Source: Malacoraja senta
Lineage: Eukaryota
Assembly (NCBI GenBank): GCA_038087875.1
Contig: JAXLNO010005840.1
Span: forward strand, 1 to 64,000
Direction of reading: 5' to 3'
DNA: 64,000 nt
Shown: positions 37,263-50,545 of the stretch, piece by piece
Position numbering within the stretch: position 1 is the stretch's first letter
How the letters are laid out: each line of letters starts with the position of its first letter
The notes under the pieces: model-generated
Databases searched by the model: none
Seen by the model: the letters and a program-made list of their open reading frames with translations, nothing else
What the model was told of the DNA's origin: nothing
Made by a program: the position numbers and the translations under genes

Positions 37263-39179
37263 AATGTGATTGATACTTGTTGAGAGCAGAGCTGAAAATA
37301 GGTGAGGTGCCCTTGGGAAAGTGTGGACACAGGATGTCTGGGGATGACCAGTTTATTAACTGGACTACAGTATGAAGCAAAATAGATCAATGTTAAGAGT
37401 TCTCAAGCCAGATAAGCAACACTAAGATGTGTTTTGTTATTCAGTCCCTGGATGAGTGGCAACTTGAATTTCTTGATTTTCTTTTCGGAGTTCAGAACTT
37501 GGATTAGAGTCTATTGTGCAACAAATCAGCTGAGCCCCTGGACAGATTAATGGTTGCCTGTTCAACATTCTGTACAACTGTAACACGACACCCCAACCCT
37601 AGTCCTCAGTACCATGGCTGAGGAAACAAGGCACAACATATACTCTGTGTAGGAATGAACAGCAGATGCTAATGTAAACCGAAGATAGACACAAAAAGCT
37701 AGAGAGACTCAGCGGCAATATTTCTGGAGAGAAGGAATGGGTGACGTTTTGGATTGAGGCGATTCTTCAGACATATATTCCCTTCACTACCCTATCAAAC
37801 TATGATGCCATTTTCAGGGAACTATGTAATTGTACACCAAGGTACAGCTCCATTTACAATCCTGCAATAGATTTGGCCAGTCATGATTTGAATTCCCAAA
37901 ATGCATCAAATCACACTTGTTTGAGTTAGATTTCAACTGGCATTCCTTCCCCCCCCCTCACCTCCCATCCCCTCACCTCCATACCTTTCCGGTTGATCAA
38001 CATTATTTTGTAATCTTAGATAACAATTATCATTACCTAATATACTTATCAATTTTGTTGTCAACTCTGGCAAAGAAGAATCCAAAGATACTTTATGTAC
38101 ATTCAAGAATCAATATTGTTTTATTGTCATACCAGACCAAGTGCAGACCCGTTGGGTCTGCTCCCCCAACGCAATATTCCAGCACTCACCCGTTCCCCCA
38201 ACGCAACCCGTTTGGCTTAAAAAAACACTTTAATCATGATGAGGGGGAGGGGGCAGGGGGTGTGGCACTCGGCAGCTTGAGAGCCCATCGTGATTGGTGC
38301 ACTGGAGGGGGGTGGGGAGGGGGGAAGGAGAGTTGGAGCACTGGAGTGTCCGTCCCTCCTGGAGTGGCCCTGTCCTGCCTTGCGAGTGCATTGTGAAGTC
38401 ACTCGGATTTTGTTTCCAAAATGGAAGAGTTTGAAGAAATCAAACTGTTTTTAAAATTTAACGATTAATAACTTCGGAAATATAGGTGGAAATGTGATGG
38501 GAAGATGTTTATTGCCACCACGGGAAAAATGTGAGTAAGATGTGTGAAAATAGGAAGGCTGTGGCCTAGCATTAGGAAGAAGACAGGAATTTACCAGATT
38601 GACACACACACAGACACATCGTGGGCACAAACAAGCCAAAGACTTTTAGTTATATAGAGATGTCCTAGATAGAACAATGACATTCTTACTTGCAGCAGCA
38701 CAACAGAATATGTAAACATAGTACACTGTAAACAATATAAGAAACATGAAATAAAAATATCTGGGTGTGCATGTATACACATACTCACAAATACACATAT
38801 ATAGAGACCATATTCGTATATATATATACACACACACACACTCATATGTACACACAAAAAACAAACAATAATAGTGCAACAATAACAATAATAGTCTATG
38901 TAGTTAAGAGCTTGTTTAAGGCTGTAGTGTTTAATAGCCTAAAGGCTGTAGGGTAGAAGTTATTGCTGAACCTGACGTTACAATTTTCAGGCTCCTGTAC
39001 CTTCTACCCTATGGCAGGGGTGAAATAAGTGTGTGGCCAGGGTGGTGTGGGTCTCTGATGATCCTTGCTGCCTTTTTGAGCTTCCTTCGATGGTGGGGAG
39101 GTCAGAACCCGTGATGGACTGGGCAGTGTTCACAAGTTTTTACAGTCTTCTTCGCTCCTATATTAAATGAATGAGGGTA

Positions 39180-40085
39180 ACTTGATAAAGAATAAATCCA
39201 CTCAGAAAATAAAAGCTGTCATCTCTGTGAGGAGCTGCATGAGATGAGCAAGATTTTCAATGAGTATTTCTCCCCTGTTTTTACTGTGGAGAAAGATTTG
39301 AAGATGAGGGAGCTTGCAACAGGAAATGGAGATGTCTGGAGGACAGTCCGTGTTATGGCCGATGATGTGCTGGACATCCTAAGACATATGAAAGTAGATA
39401 ATTCACCCAGACCTGATCAGATATATCAGAGGACACTGTGGGGAGCTAGAGAAAAAATTGCAAGCGCCCTGACTGAGAGATATGAATCATTGTTAGAAGG
39501 ACTACAGGGCATAGCCTAGAAACTATAAATCAGTGGGCCTACAATCTGCAGTAGGTAAGTTACTGGACAGGATTCTGAGAGATAGGGTAAATATGCATTT
39601 GTAGAGACAGGGGCTGGTCAGTGTGGTTTTGTACGTGGGAGATCATGCATCGCCAATCTGGTAGTTTTTGGAAAAAGTAACCAAGAAGGTTGATGATGAT
39701 AAGGTCATAGACATTGTACATATGGTCTTTAGCAAGGCCTTTGATAAGTTTCTGCATGGTAGGCTGCTCTGGATGATTAGAGCTCATGGAATTCAGGGAG
39801 AACTAGCTGCCTAAACAAAGAATTACGTTCATGGAAGCATAGGGTGATAGTGGAAGTGCTTTTCACACTGGAGGCCTGTGACTAGAGGTGTCCCTCAGGG
39901 ATCAGTGCTGGGCCCATTGCTGATTGTGGTTTATATAAGCAACTTAGATGAAAATGTGCGGCATGATTAGAAACTTTGCAGATGACATTGACCTAGTTGG
40001 TATCATAAACAGTGAACATAGTTATCAAAAATTACAGCTGGATCGTGATCAGTGAGACAAGTGGGCTGAAGAATGGTTAATGGAG
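39180..40085 (+). mobile_element. CR1 LINE RT fragment, degenerate
   Basis: SKIFNEYFSPVFT, DNSPRPDQIY, gtccctcagggatcagtgctggg (VPQGSVLG). Confidence 0.8.
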
Positions 40086-40089
40086 CTTC

Positions 40090-40610
40090 CAGGCCTGACC
40101 TACTGACACTGTTGATCATGCCACCATCGGCCCACAAAGCTTCCAGGCCATGTTTGCCGCCAACCTTTACCTGTACTCTAGCCACTCGTGGGCCCATTGA
40201 CTCCGCCGATCCTCGCCTCTTCACCGGCCACCAGTCGGCCAAAGACATCAACACATGGTTTGCAAGCCCCTTTTCCGGCCGTGGGCCTCTACGCTGCTGG
40301 CCCCGACAATATACAGTAAAGCTCTCCGGGGTCCTTCCCCCCCGACTTCCTTCTGATACAGAACAGTCAGTCTTGAACTGAGGCCTTATCTTTGTATCCC
40401 TACGCCCCCACCTCAACAAATTCAGGGCTCACCATGATGTAGAGATCTTCTTCAGTTGCCTCCGCCTCCAAGCCTTTTTCTACGGGAAGGAGTCCTCACC
40501 TCCCGGTGAAAACACAGTCCTCCTTATCCTACAAACCCCATCCTCTTTGACCCCCTGTGCCAGCCTTCTACCCTCTCCCGACCTGTTTATTTCGAACTGC
40601 TGGCATGACA
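40090..40610 (+). mobile_element. Penelope-like element, N-terminal ORF fragment
   Basis: GLIFVSLRPHLNKFRAHHDVEIFFSCLRLQAFF resembles the Penelope N-terminal domain. Confidence 0.6.
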
Positions 40611-42439
40611 TATCTCTAAACCAAACTCAATTATGAACAAATGGTGATTCATTTCTAAGTCAGGATGGATCCCAGGTCAGGTTCCCACACATCTGCTGAC
40701 CTTGTTGTTCTTGTGCTTGAGATGTTGAGTTTGGAATGTTCTGATGGACTAGATGACACGTATCTGCAGTGTGTTTTGTCACTGGTTGAAGCTTGTGGTG
40801 CAGTGAATAAATGAGGAAATGAAATTGAGCTTTGTGCAATCAACAACAGACAATCACTTTTGACTTTATAATGGAAGGAAGGTCACTAAAGTACCAGATC
40901 TTGATTATTGAGTACTCCACATCTTCCAGGCACCTAACATTGATTTACCTTGATTGGGTTACTTGGATCTGCATAAGGAATGGGAACAGCTTCAAACAAT
41001 CTACTTGATTGTTGTTAATTAATTTTATTAATAATATCATAGAGTCATAGAGTGATACAGTTTGGAAACAGGTCCTTCGGCCCAACTCGCCCACACCGGC
41101 CAACAATGTCCCAGCTACACTGGTCCCACTTGCCTGCGATTGTCTAACTGTTTCTTAAAGGATAGGATAGTCCCAGCCTCAACTACCTCCTCTGGCAGCT
41201 TTTTCCATACACCCACCAGCCTTTGTGTGAAAATGTTGACCCTCGGATTCCTATTAAATCTTTTTCCCCTTCACCTTGAACCTATGTCCTCTGGTCCTCG
41301 ATTCCCCTACTCTGGGCAAAGTCTCTGTGCATCGAATAACAGTTGATTGCGTTATCATTTCAATGTGTGCTGATCTTTCAGGAAACTTTCCAAGTCAATC
41401 CATGTTCACCACACTCATAGTCACTTTGAGGTAACATTGGCAGGGCAGGTTGTCCCTTATGGTAATCTTGATAAGGAATGTCTGGCCAAGTGTACAATGG
41501 CCAATTAATTCATGAAATCAGATTCAAGTTGGGGTTGTGGACCAGTGTCTGTTCCATGCAAGAATAATCCTGATATTATGAACTTTACACTAATACCAAA
41601 CATTGTGGGCTAAACCCTGCAGCTCCAAACCGGTGCTGCCACCAAAGCAATAGGTTATCAGGTCAAGTTAAATCTCTACATTGTTTATAACTTTGGAGTT
41701 TTGATTTATGCAAAATGTTAGTGGAAATCAATACAAATTGTGTATTGTCTCAATGTAATCTATATTTCCTGTAGTCTTGTACTAAAGTATGATTGTCCTT
41801 GTGTATTGTAAATGTTTGACAGAACTGTAGGCAAAAAGTAATTTCACTGAACCCAGGTATATGTGACAATAAAGTACCATTGAACCATTGAATCAATGCA
41901 CCCACTGTCACTTGAATACATAAGCAGGTTATAGACAAGAATTATTTTAAAATTCATTTGCCCAGGTTTATGCACAGGTATGAAGTATTAATAGTCTCAG
42001 TTCAGTTTAGTTTATTGTGAAATAGTGAAAGCTGTTTACAGTGAAAAGCTTTTGTTGTGTGCTAACCAGTCAGCAGAAAGTCAATACATGATTGTAATCG
42101 ATCTGAAGATAGACACATAAAGCTGGAGTAACTCAGCAGGACAGGCAGCATCTCTGGAGAGAAGGAATGGGTGACGTTTCAGGTTGAGACTTTCTTCAAT
42201 TCTTCTCTCCAGAGATGCTGCCTGCCCCGCTGAGTTACTCCAGCTTTTTTATGACTATCTTCTGTTTAAACCAGTATCTGCAGTTCCTTCGTACACATTA
42301 CAATCGATCCATTTACAATGTATCACAGCAACTGGAGAAAGAATCTCATCCTTTAATCCCATTTTTTCCCTCAGTCCAACACACTGAACACAATGGAAAT
42401 TAGCTGACTGACCGGAGATGTGTTCTCCATGACTTTGCA

Positions 42440-43670
42440 CAACTCAAGCTGTGGAAGCTCTACAGAGCTGTAGATGTTGTGTACATGGATTTCAGAAAGG
42501 TATTCGAAAAGGCTCCGCATGGTAGGCTGCTCTGGAAGATTTGATCACATGAGATCCAAGGAGAGATAGCTGAATGGATAGCAAATGGCTCCATGGAAGG
42601 AAGCAGAGGGTGATGGTGGAAGGTTGCTTCACTGATTGGAGGCGTGTGACTAGTGGTGTGACTCAGGGTTCGGTGCTGGGCCCGTTACTGTTTGTCATCT
42701 ACATAATTGATTTGGATGATATAATACGGGGCAAGATTAGCAAGGTTGCTGATGATACAAAAGGGAGTGGTTTTGCAGATAGTGAAGATGGTTGTGAACG
42801 GTTGCAGGTAGACAATGGTTGTGAACGATTGCAGCAGGATCTGGATCGATTGGCCAGTGGGCCGAGGAATGGTTGATGGAATTTAATACAGAGAAGTGTG
42901 AGGTGTTGCTTTTTGGGACGTCTAACACAGTAAATAGTCGGTCTCTGGGGAGTGTTGAGAGGAGAGGGATCTAGGAGTACAAGTGCAAGGTTCCTTAAAG
43001 GTCGAGTCATAGGTAGATAAGGTGGTCAAAAAGGCTTTTGGCACATTGGCCTTCATCAGTCAGAATAATGAGTACAGAAGTTGGGAGGTCATGTTGCAGT
43101 TGTATAAGATGTTGGTGAGACCGCATTTAGAATATTGTGTTCAGTTCTGGGCACCATGTTATAGGAAAGATATTGTCAAGCTTGAAACTGGTCAGGAAAG
43201 ATTTACAAGGATGTTGCCAGGACTAGAGGGTGTGAGTTATAGGGAGAGGTTGAGTAGGCTGGGTCTCTATTCCTTGGAGCGCAGGAGGATGAGGGGTGAT
43301 CTTGTAAGAGGTATACAATACCATCAGAGGAATAGTTCGGGTAGATGCACAGAGTCTTTTGCCCAGAGTAGGGGAATCGAGGACCAGATCACATAGTTTC
43401 AAGGTCAATGGGATAAGATTTAATAGGAATCCGAAGGGTAACGTTTTCACACAAAGTGTGGTGGGTGTATGGAACAAGCTCCCAGAGGAGGTAATTGAGG
43501 CTGGGACAATCCCCTCGTTTAAGAAACAGTTAGACATGTACATGGATATGACAGGTTTGGAGGGATATGGACCAAAGGCAGGCAGGTGGGACTAGTGTAG
43601 CTGGGACATGTTGCCCAGTGTGGACAAGTTGGGCTGAAGGGCCTGTTCCCAAACTGTATCACTCTATGAC
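42440..43670 (+). mobile_element. CR1 LINE 3' ~1.2 kb
   Basis: SGVTQGSVLGPLLFVIYI, SKVADDTK, LYKMLVRPHLEYCVQFWAP. Confidence 0.9.
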
Positions 43671-45829
43671 TCCATAACTAAAAGTCATGGAAGGAAGGAG
43701 ATAATTTTCATTGGAGATGGGTTGTATGATGTGAAAGTGTTCATCGAATGTAAAATTTCTGTTTGCATTCGACTAGGTCAGTTTATCTTGGCATTACATT
43801 CGGCATATACATTGTGGGCCAAAGGGTGAGTTCCTGACCTGTAATATTCTGTATCTGATAGTCTACAAATCACACATTCACCCTGCCTCTGTTCCTGTAC
43901 CTCTTCTGACTGATCTGTTGGGCTGAGACTCCAACCCCAACCTCTTACACAATGTGAGATTTGTGGAATGACAAATACATTTCCATCACTTAGTGACTGG
44001 AGCACCTCAGGCACTGGGCCAAGTGTTTGCTGATAAACTGTCCACTATTGCCTGGGTTCTTGAGTGAACAAGGAACTCTTTCAATACCTTCTCAACTATC
44101 TAAAAGATCAAGTAACAGGGTGGAACGTAATTAATTCAATTTGGTTCATATTTATGTTATAAAATTAGATATGATAAATGTAGATTAATTGCATAAATGT
44201 ATCTGTCATTGATAAACTTGATCTGTTCACACCATTTTGAATCACATGCCCGTTCAAAAATTCCTCCATTCACACCATTCTGAATCACATACCCCATTCA
44301 AAAATGCCCCCACCAACACCATTCTGAAGCTTATACCCATTCAAAAAATTATCCATTCACACAATACTGATTCACATACCAAATGTGTAGGAAGGAACTG
44401 CAGATGCCAGTTTACACGGGAGACAGACACAAAATGCTGGAGTAACTCACAGGCAGCATCTCTGGAGAGAAGGAATGGGTGACATTGTGGGTCGAGAGCC
44501 TACTTCAGACCAAGATGTGTTCAGATCCAATAGACTACTTTTAAATTCTGTGCATTCACATTTCCATCCAAATCCCACTGACTCACATTTCAGTCAACAT
44601 CTCCATTCTCATTGACATGCGATTTACACATAGGCCAGGATGATTTTTTCCCCAAAGGATCTCAACCCAAAACATCACCCATTCCTTCTATCCAGAGCTG
44701 CTGCCTGTGCCTCTGAGTTACTACAACATTTTGTGTCTATCTTCAGCTTAAACCAGCATCTGCAGTTCCTTCGTGTACATTAAGAATTCCTTGGACTTGT
44801 TTAGCATGGTTTGAACTCATTGTTTGAAAGCAGAATTCATTAACATTGTCCAATAGGGAGTGTGAGTATTTCTTGAAGTAAATGCCACAATTTGTTTGCT
44901 TTTCCTTGTGAAAGGCTGTGCTTGGTATTGGGTTTCCTGAATTCAACTGTAATCAATATCAGACTGACAGACAAAAAGCCTTGATCTCACCATTAACTAT
45001 AGAGTAGCATGCAGTCTAGTTCAGGCTAGGCTGTGATGTCTCCCAGTAAATGAAAATAGCTCTCAAACATACCATGTGCAAACTGATCCTCAAAGTTCGG
45101 TCGTGTGAGAAAGGTATTGTAGAGAGTGTGTCTACTTACAGCTAAAGCAGAACAAGAGGTCAGTGCACTTGTATCAGAGAAATTGATTAAAACATTTTTA
45201 AATAACCTACGCCTTTCCAGAGAATGCCATCTTGTAACAAAAGGCCTGTTATCAATAGATTATGAGAGGTGGCTGTTGATTGAATTGAATTGAATACTTT
45301 ATTGTCACATGTGACAAGTCTCAGTGACATTCTTTGCTTGCACACACAAGGTATGGAAATATTTGCTCATAAAGGGCGTTTACAAAGTTACAAATCTCCG
45401 TCCCCCACGCCGGGTCCTCCTTTGCTCCTTCCCTCAGCAGCGGCGTCCTCAATTCCACGAGTCCGTTCTCGTCCATTGGTCGGCGCCATCATCGACCGCC
45501 ACACTGGCCTTTTCATTAACGCTGCCGGGTGATCTCCGGACACCTTTGTGGCACTGACCCAAGCCCCCGCTGCGGGCTCCATCCACCCAGGCAAGAAGTA
45601 ACTGTGAGTTGTGTGCAAAACATTTTTTTCATGCGGTGTCAGCCACAGCATATCTCCATTCTCAGTCAGAGAGCCACGGGTCAATATCCCACCAAAGAAA
45701 CACCAGTGGAATCTAGTGCTATACGGGACGTTCTGCAGAGTTTGTGATGCAATTTTACAACCACATGTTAAAACAAAATACTACCAGGCCGGCACAATGG
45801 CACAACTGGCAGAGCTGCTCCCTCAGTGC

Positions 45830-46380
45830 TAGAGAATATTGTGAGCAATTTTGGGCACTATATCTGAGAAAGGATGTCCTGGCTCTGGAGAGGGTCCAGA
45901 GGAGGTTTACAACAATGATCCCAGAAATGAGTAGATTAACCTATCATGAACATTTGTTAGCACTGGGCCTGTACTCTCTGGAGTTTAGAAGAATGAGGGG
46001 GGACCTCATTAAAACCTACAGAATAGTGAATGGTTTGGATAGAGTGGATGTGGAGAGGATGTATCCACTAGTGAGAGAGTCTAGGACTGGAGGCCATAGC
46101 CTCAGATTTAAAGGACGTTCTTTTAGGAAGATGAGGAGAAATTTCTTAAGGCAGAGGGTGGCAAATCCATGGAATTTGTTGCCACAGAAGGCTGTGGAGG
46201 CCGTCTGGATATTTTTAAGTCGAAGATAGATAGATTCTTGATTGGTACAAGTGTCCGAGGTTATGGGGAGAAGGCAGGAGAATTGGGGTGAGGAGGGAGA
46301 GATAGATCAGTAATGATTGAATGGTGGAGTGAACTAGATGGGCCGAATGGCCTAATTCTACACCCATTCCTTATGACCTG
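45830..46380 (+). mobile_element. CR1 LINE 3' fragment
   Basis: EYCEQFWALYLRKDVLALERVQRRFT, followed by the CR1 3' UTR. Confidence 0.85.
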
Positions 46381-49127
46381 GCCTTGATCCTGCCCTCAAG
46401 TACTGTCCGTGTGGAGTTTGCACCTTCCCCCTGTGACTGCGCTGGCTACCTCCAGGTGGTCCAGCTTCCTCGTACACCACATGCTGGCTTGTTGCTTAAT
46501 TGGCCTCCGTGAAGTCAAAATGTGATGCATACATGTGATAACTCTGAACTGGTGTGAACGGATGGTCAATGACTGGTGTGGATTCGCTGGGCTGAATGGA
46601 CTGATATATATTTCAGCCCTCTAAAAAATAATCCCAAAACGTTATTTAAGGAATACAGGTTAATCCCAGAATCCTCATTGATATTTATCTTGCAGTTGAT
46701 ACCACCGAAGAACACAGATCATCTGTCGCTCATCACATTTCCCTTTGAATGAAAATTGAAAGCAGTGTTTGAGAGTGTCAGCGGTGAGGACAGGTTGGAC
46801 AAACTTAGATCATTTGCTCTTGTGGAGTTGGAATATGAGGGGGGTGGGGGACACCTGATGGAAGTATATATAATTATGAGAGACACAGAGTAGAGAGGAG
46901 TAAATCTTAAATTATTTTTTACACAGAGAGTGGTGGGTGCTTGGAGCATGCTGTCAGAGGAAGTAGTGGTAACAGATATGATAGCAATGTTTAAAGGCAT
47001 TTAAACAGGCATGTATGTGGTACTGCTCTATGTTTTATGTTAACTAATAAATTGATTTTGACTGTCACGCCACACAGTGGCTCTTTTATTTTTTATTTTT
47101 ATTATTATCTTGTTTATCTATTTATACTCTGTTTATGGGCCTGTTAGGCTGCTGCATGTAATAATGTAATTGTTCTGTTGTTGGAACATTTAATTAGACA
47201 TTTCATTAAAGAAGCTTTCTCTTGTCTCTCTTGGGTCGTGACATGTGAACAGAGAGGAAATGAAGGGGTGTGTGGAAAGGAACAGCAGATGCCGGTTTAA
47301 ACCAAAGGTAGACACAAAAATCTTGAGTAACTCAGCGGGAAAGGCAGCATCTCAGGAGAGAAGGACTGGGTGATGTTTTGGATCGATGCCCTTCTTCAGT
47401 CTGGATAGACAATGTGTAGGAAGATGGGATTAGTTTGTAAAGGCAACATAGCCAGCACAGACGTTGTGATGCTAGGGCTTATCCCTGTGTGATCCTGCTC
47501 AATGTTCTCTGTTTATTCATTCAATAGTGTTTACATTAGTGGTTCTAAATGTTTTTAAAATGTTGTGAAAGGTTTTACAAGAATGAATCTATATATTTTA
47601 CTTTTTTCTCCGTTTTTCATATTCTGATTTACATTGTAAAGAATCTCATTGTGTACGCACACAGAAACCAACCAAACAGTATCATACTTCAAGGCCAGAG
47701 TTTATGTTGCACTTGAACCTGCAAACACCCTTGTTGGTATAACTTTATCAGTGTAACCATCTGTTGGCTTGTTATTTATTTGTTTATCGAAGCAGCTTGC
47801 TGTTAAATAAAGGTGATATATTTACCACAGCTTCTCACTATGTAGCAGATCTCCCCCCTTGTCAATCTTTTCCGACAGTCTCCCTTCTTTATCTCTTTCC
47901 TTTGCTGCTACATTTTCCTTGATCTCCATTCCCTTTGTCCTGTTTTCACATCTTACACGTCCTTATCTATACACTTCCTTATCTATCGACCTCCCATTCC
48001 CCTGACATCAGCCTGAAGAAGGGTCTCGACCCAAAATGTCACCCATTCCTTCTCTTCAGAAATGCTGCCTGTCCCGACGAGTTACTCCAGCATGTTGTGT
48101 CTATGTTCTGATTGGATCTCTTGTTGTTTCCTTGCATTCTTATTTTGATTGTCATTAAAGTTGTTGGCGTTGCCTGTACTGGATCCCACCCCTGGCCCAA
48201 GACAAGCAACAAGACACAATGACATAAAAGTTAACATAAACATCCACCACGGCAGATTCCCACATTACTCACTGTGATGGAAGGTAACAAAGTCCAATCT
48301 TCTTTCTTTTTATTCTCCCGCGGTCGGGGCAGTTGAAGCACCTGTGTCAGGGCGATAGAAGCTCCTGTGTTGGGGTGGTCAAAGCACCTGCGGCTTGGAG
48401 CTCCCGAGGTCGGTCTCTGACCAGAGACCGCGAGCTCCGTGATGTTAAGTCCGCAAGCACCCACAGTTGGAGCTCCGAGGTCGATCCCTGGCAAAGAGAT
48501 TGTGAGCTGCGTGATGGTAACTCCGCAGGCTCCCGTGGTGGAGCTGTCAAAAGTCGGCCTCCACCAAAGGACGGCAACTCCTGGATGTTAGGCTGCAGTG
48601 CGGACCGAGATACGATACAGAAAAAAATCGCATCTCCATCGAGGTAAGATATTAGAAAAGGTTTCCCCCAACCCCACACCCCACCCCACGTAAAACAAGC
48701 TAAAGAACACTAAAAACATACATTTAACACATGGGTCAGCATCCTTGTTCTGCATAGGAGCCAGGACCCATGTCTGTGAGTGGATGGAGGGCCACATCTG
48801 TCACCATAGTTAATAATTAATTAATTATAGTTTTAAAAAATCGTAACAAAAAGACAATTACCCCCGGGACAAATACGACTAAAGTGCAACACTGTGGCCT
48901 GAGCGGAATTGCTCACCGACCTCGCTGATGCTTTGTTTTCCTCCAGCCCGTCCACCGCTGGGCTCCCGAAGAAACCGCTCCAGCACAGCGTTGTCGAAGT
49001 CGCTCTCATCCCGCTGCAGTTTCACACAAGCCGCAGCACCGAGGTGGGGGGGGGGGGCGCTTTCACTTCGGGTGGTCGGGAGGATGGAAGAGGGGGTGGA
49101 AGGGTAGGGACGGGGAGAAAGATTTAA

Positions 49128-49441
49128 GGGCCTGTCCCACTGTACGAGGTAATTCAAGAGCTCTCCCGAGTTTAAAAAAAATCAAACTCGTGGTAAGTAC
49201 GTAGAATGTACGTAGCGGGTACGTCGGAGCTCGGGACGTCTCTTAGTGGCTCGTAATGCTAACGGCATGTACTCAGGAAACGCGGTAAGCTCGTGAAGAC
49301 TCGTGAAGATTTTTAAACGTGTTGAAAAATGTCCACGAGAGCCCCGAGTACCTACGAGCGGCTATTACTGTAATTCTCCGAGTTCGAATCATGGGAAACT
49401 CGGGAGAACTCTTGAATTAGCTCGTACAGTGGGACAGGCCC
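49128..49441. mobile_element. Second copy of the same MITE, opposite orientation
   Basis: ttaa-GGGCCTGTCCCACTGTACGAG ... CTCGTACAGTGGGACAGGCCC-ttga; the internal sequence is the reverse complement of 36015-36329. Confidence 0.8.
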
Positions 49442-49474
49442 TTGAGTCGACAGGTATTGTGATATGGAATTGGC

Positions 49475-49478
<4 letters not shown>

Positions 49479-49505
<27 letters not shown>

Positions 49506-49506
49506 G
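49479..49506. repeat. (GT)n microsatellite
   Basis: Pure GT run. Confidence 0.9.
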
Positions 49507-50218
49507 AGAACTACTCTCGGATAAGTGTTGTGTGTGTTTTGTGTTACGCCTGCGTGCCGGATGATTTCGAGTTACAGACCGGATCTGGGCCGTAGGTTGC
49601 CAACCCCTGATTTAACACAAACTGTTAAAACACAAAGAAGGAAGGGACAGACAGACTGTTGGCGAGACAGCCATTGCTGGCGCCACCCAGTGGTTGGGTT
49701 GGTTAGTTAGTTTGCAGGCGCCACCAACATTGATGGAGTTGCGAACAGTGAAGAAGGCTGCCCAAGTGTACAATGGGAAATACATCAGATACAGAAATGG
49801 GCAGAAAATTGCAAATGGAGTTCATTTTGAGCAAGTATGTTACACTTTGAGTGGTCGAATGTAAAGGAAAAGTATACAGTTATTGGCAAGACCCTTAACA
49901 GCATTAATCTACAGAGAGATCTTGGGGTTGAATCTTGGGTTTCTAGAGACAGGAAGTCATAATACAGTTTTATAGGGCTGGGTAGTCCACATTTGGAGTA
50001 TTATGTGTAGTTTTTGTTGACCCATTACATAAAGGATGTAGAGGCATTGGAAAGGGTGCAGAGGTTTACAAGAATGATGCCTCAACTAGGGTGTGTTGGC
50101 TACATGAAACATATGGACAGACATGGATTGCTACCGCTACAATGCCGGAGTTTGATGGGACACCGGATAGAAGTACATAAAACTATGAGAGGTATAGATA
50201 GGATAGATAGTCAGAACA

Positions 50219-50545
50219 GGGGCAGTCACTGTGGCGCAGCAGTAGAGTTGCTGCTTTACAGCGCTTGCAGCGTGGGAGACCCAGGTTCGATCCCGACCAT
50301 GGGTGCTGTACGTGTGGAGTTTGTACGTTCTCTCCATGACAGCATGGGTTTCCTCCGAGATCTTCGGTTTCCTCCCACACTCCAAAGATGTACAGGTATG
50401 TAGATTAATTGGCTTGGTGTATGTGTAAATCGTCCCGAGTGTGTGTAGGATAGTGCTAATGCCCAGGGATCACTAGTCGGTGCGGACTCGGTGGGCCGAA
50501 GGGCCTGTTTCCACGCTGTATCTCTAAACTAAATTAAACTAAACT
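50219..50545 (+). mobile_element. HE1-like SINE
   Basis: Full head to (ctaaa)n tail, inserted within a CR1 fragment. Confidence 0.85.
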
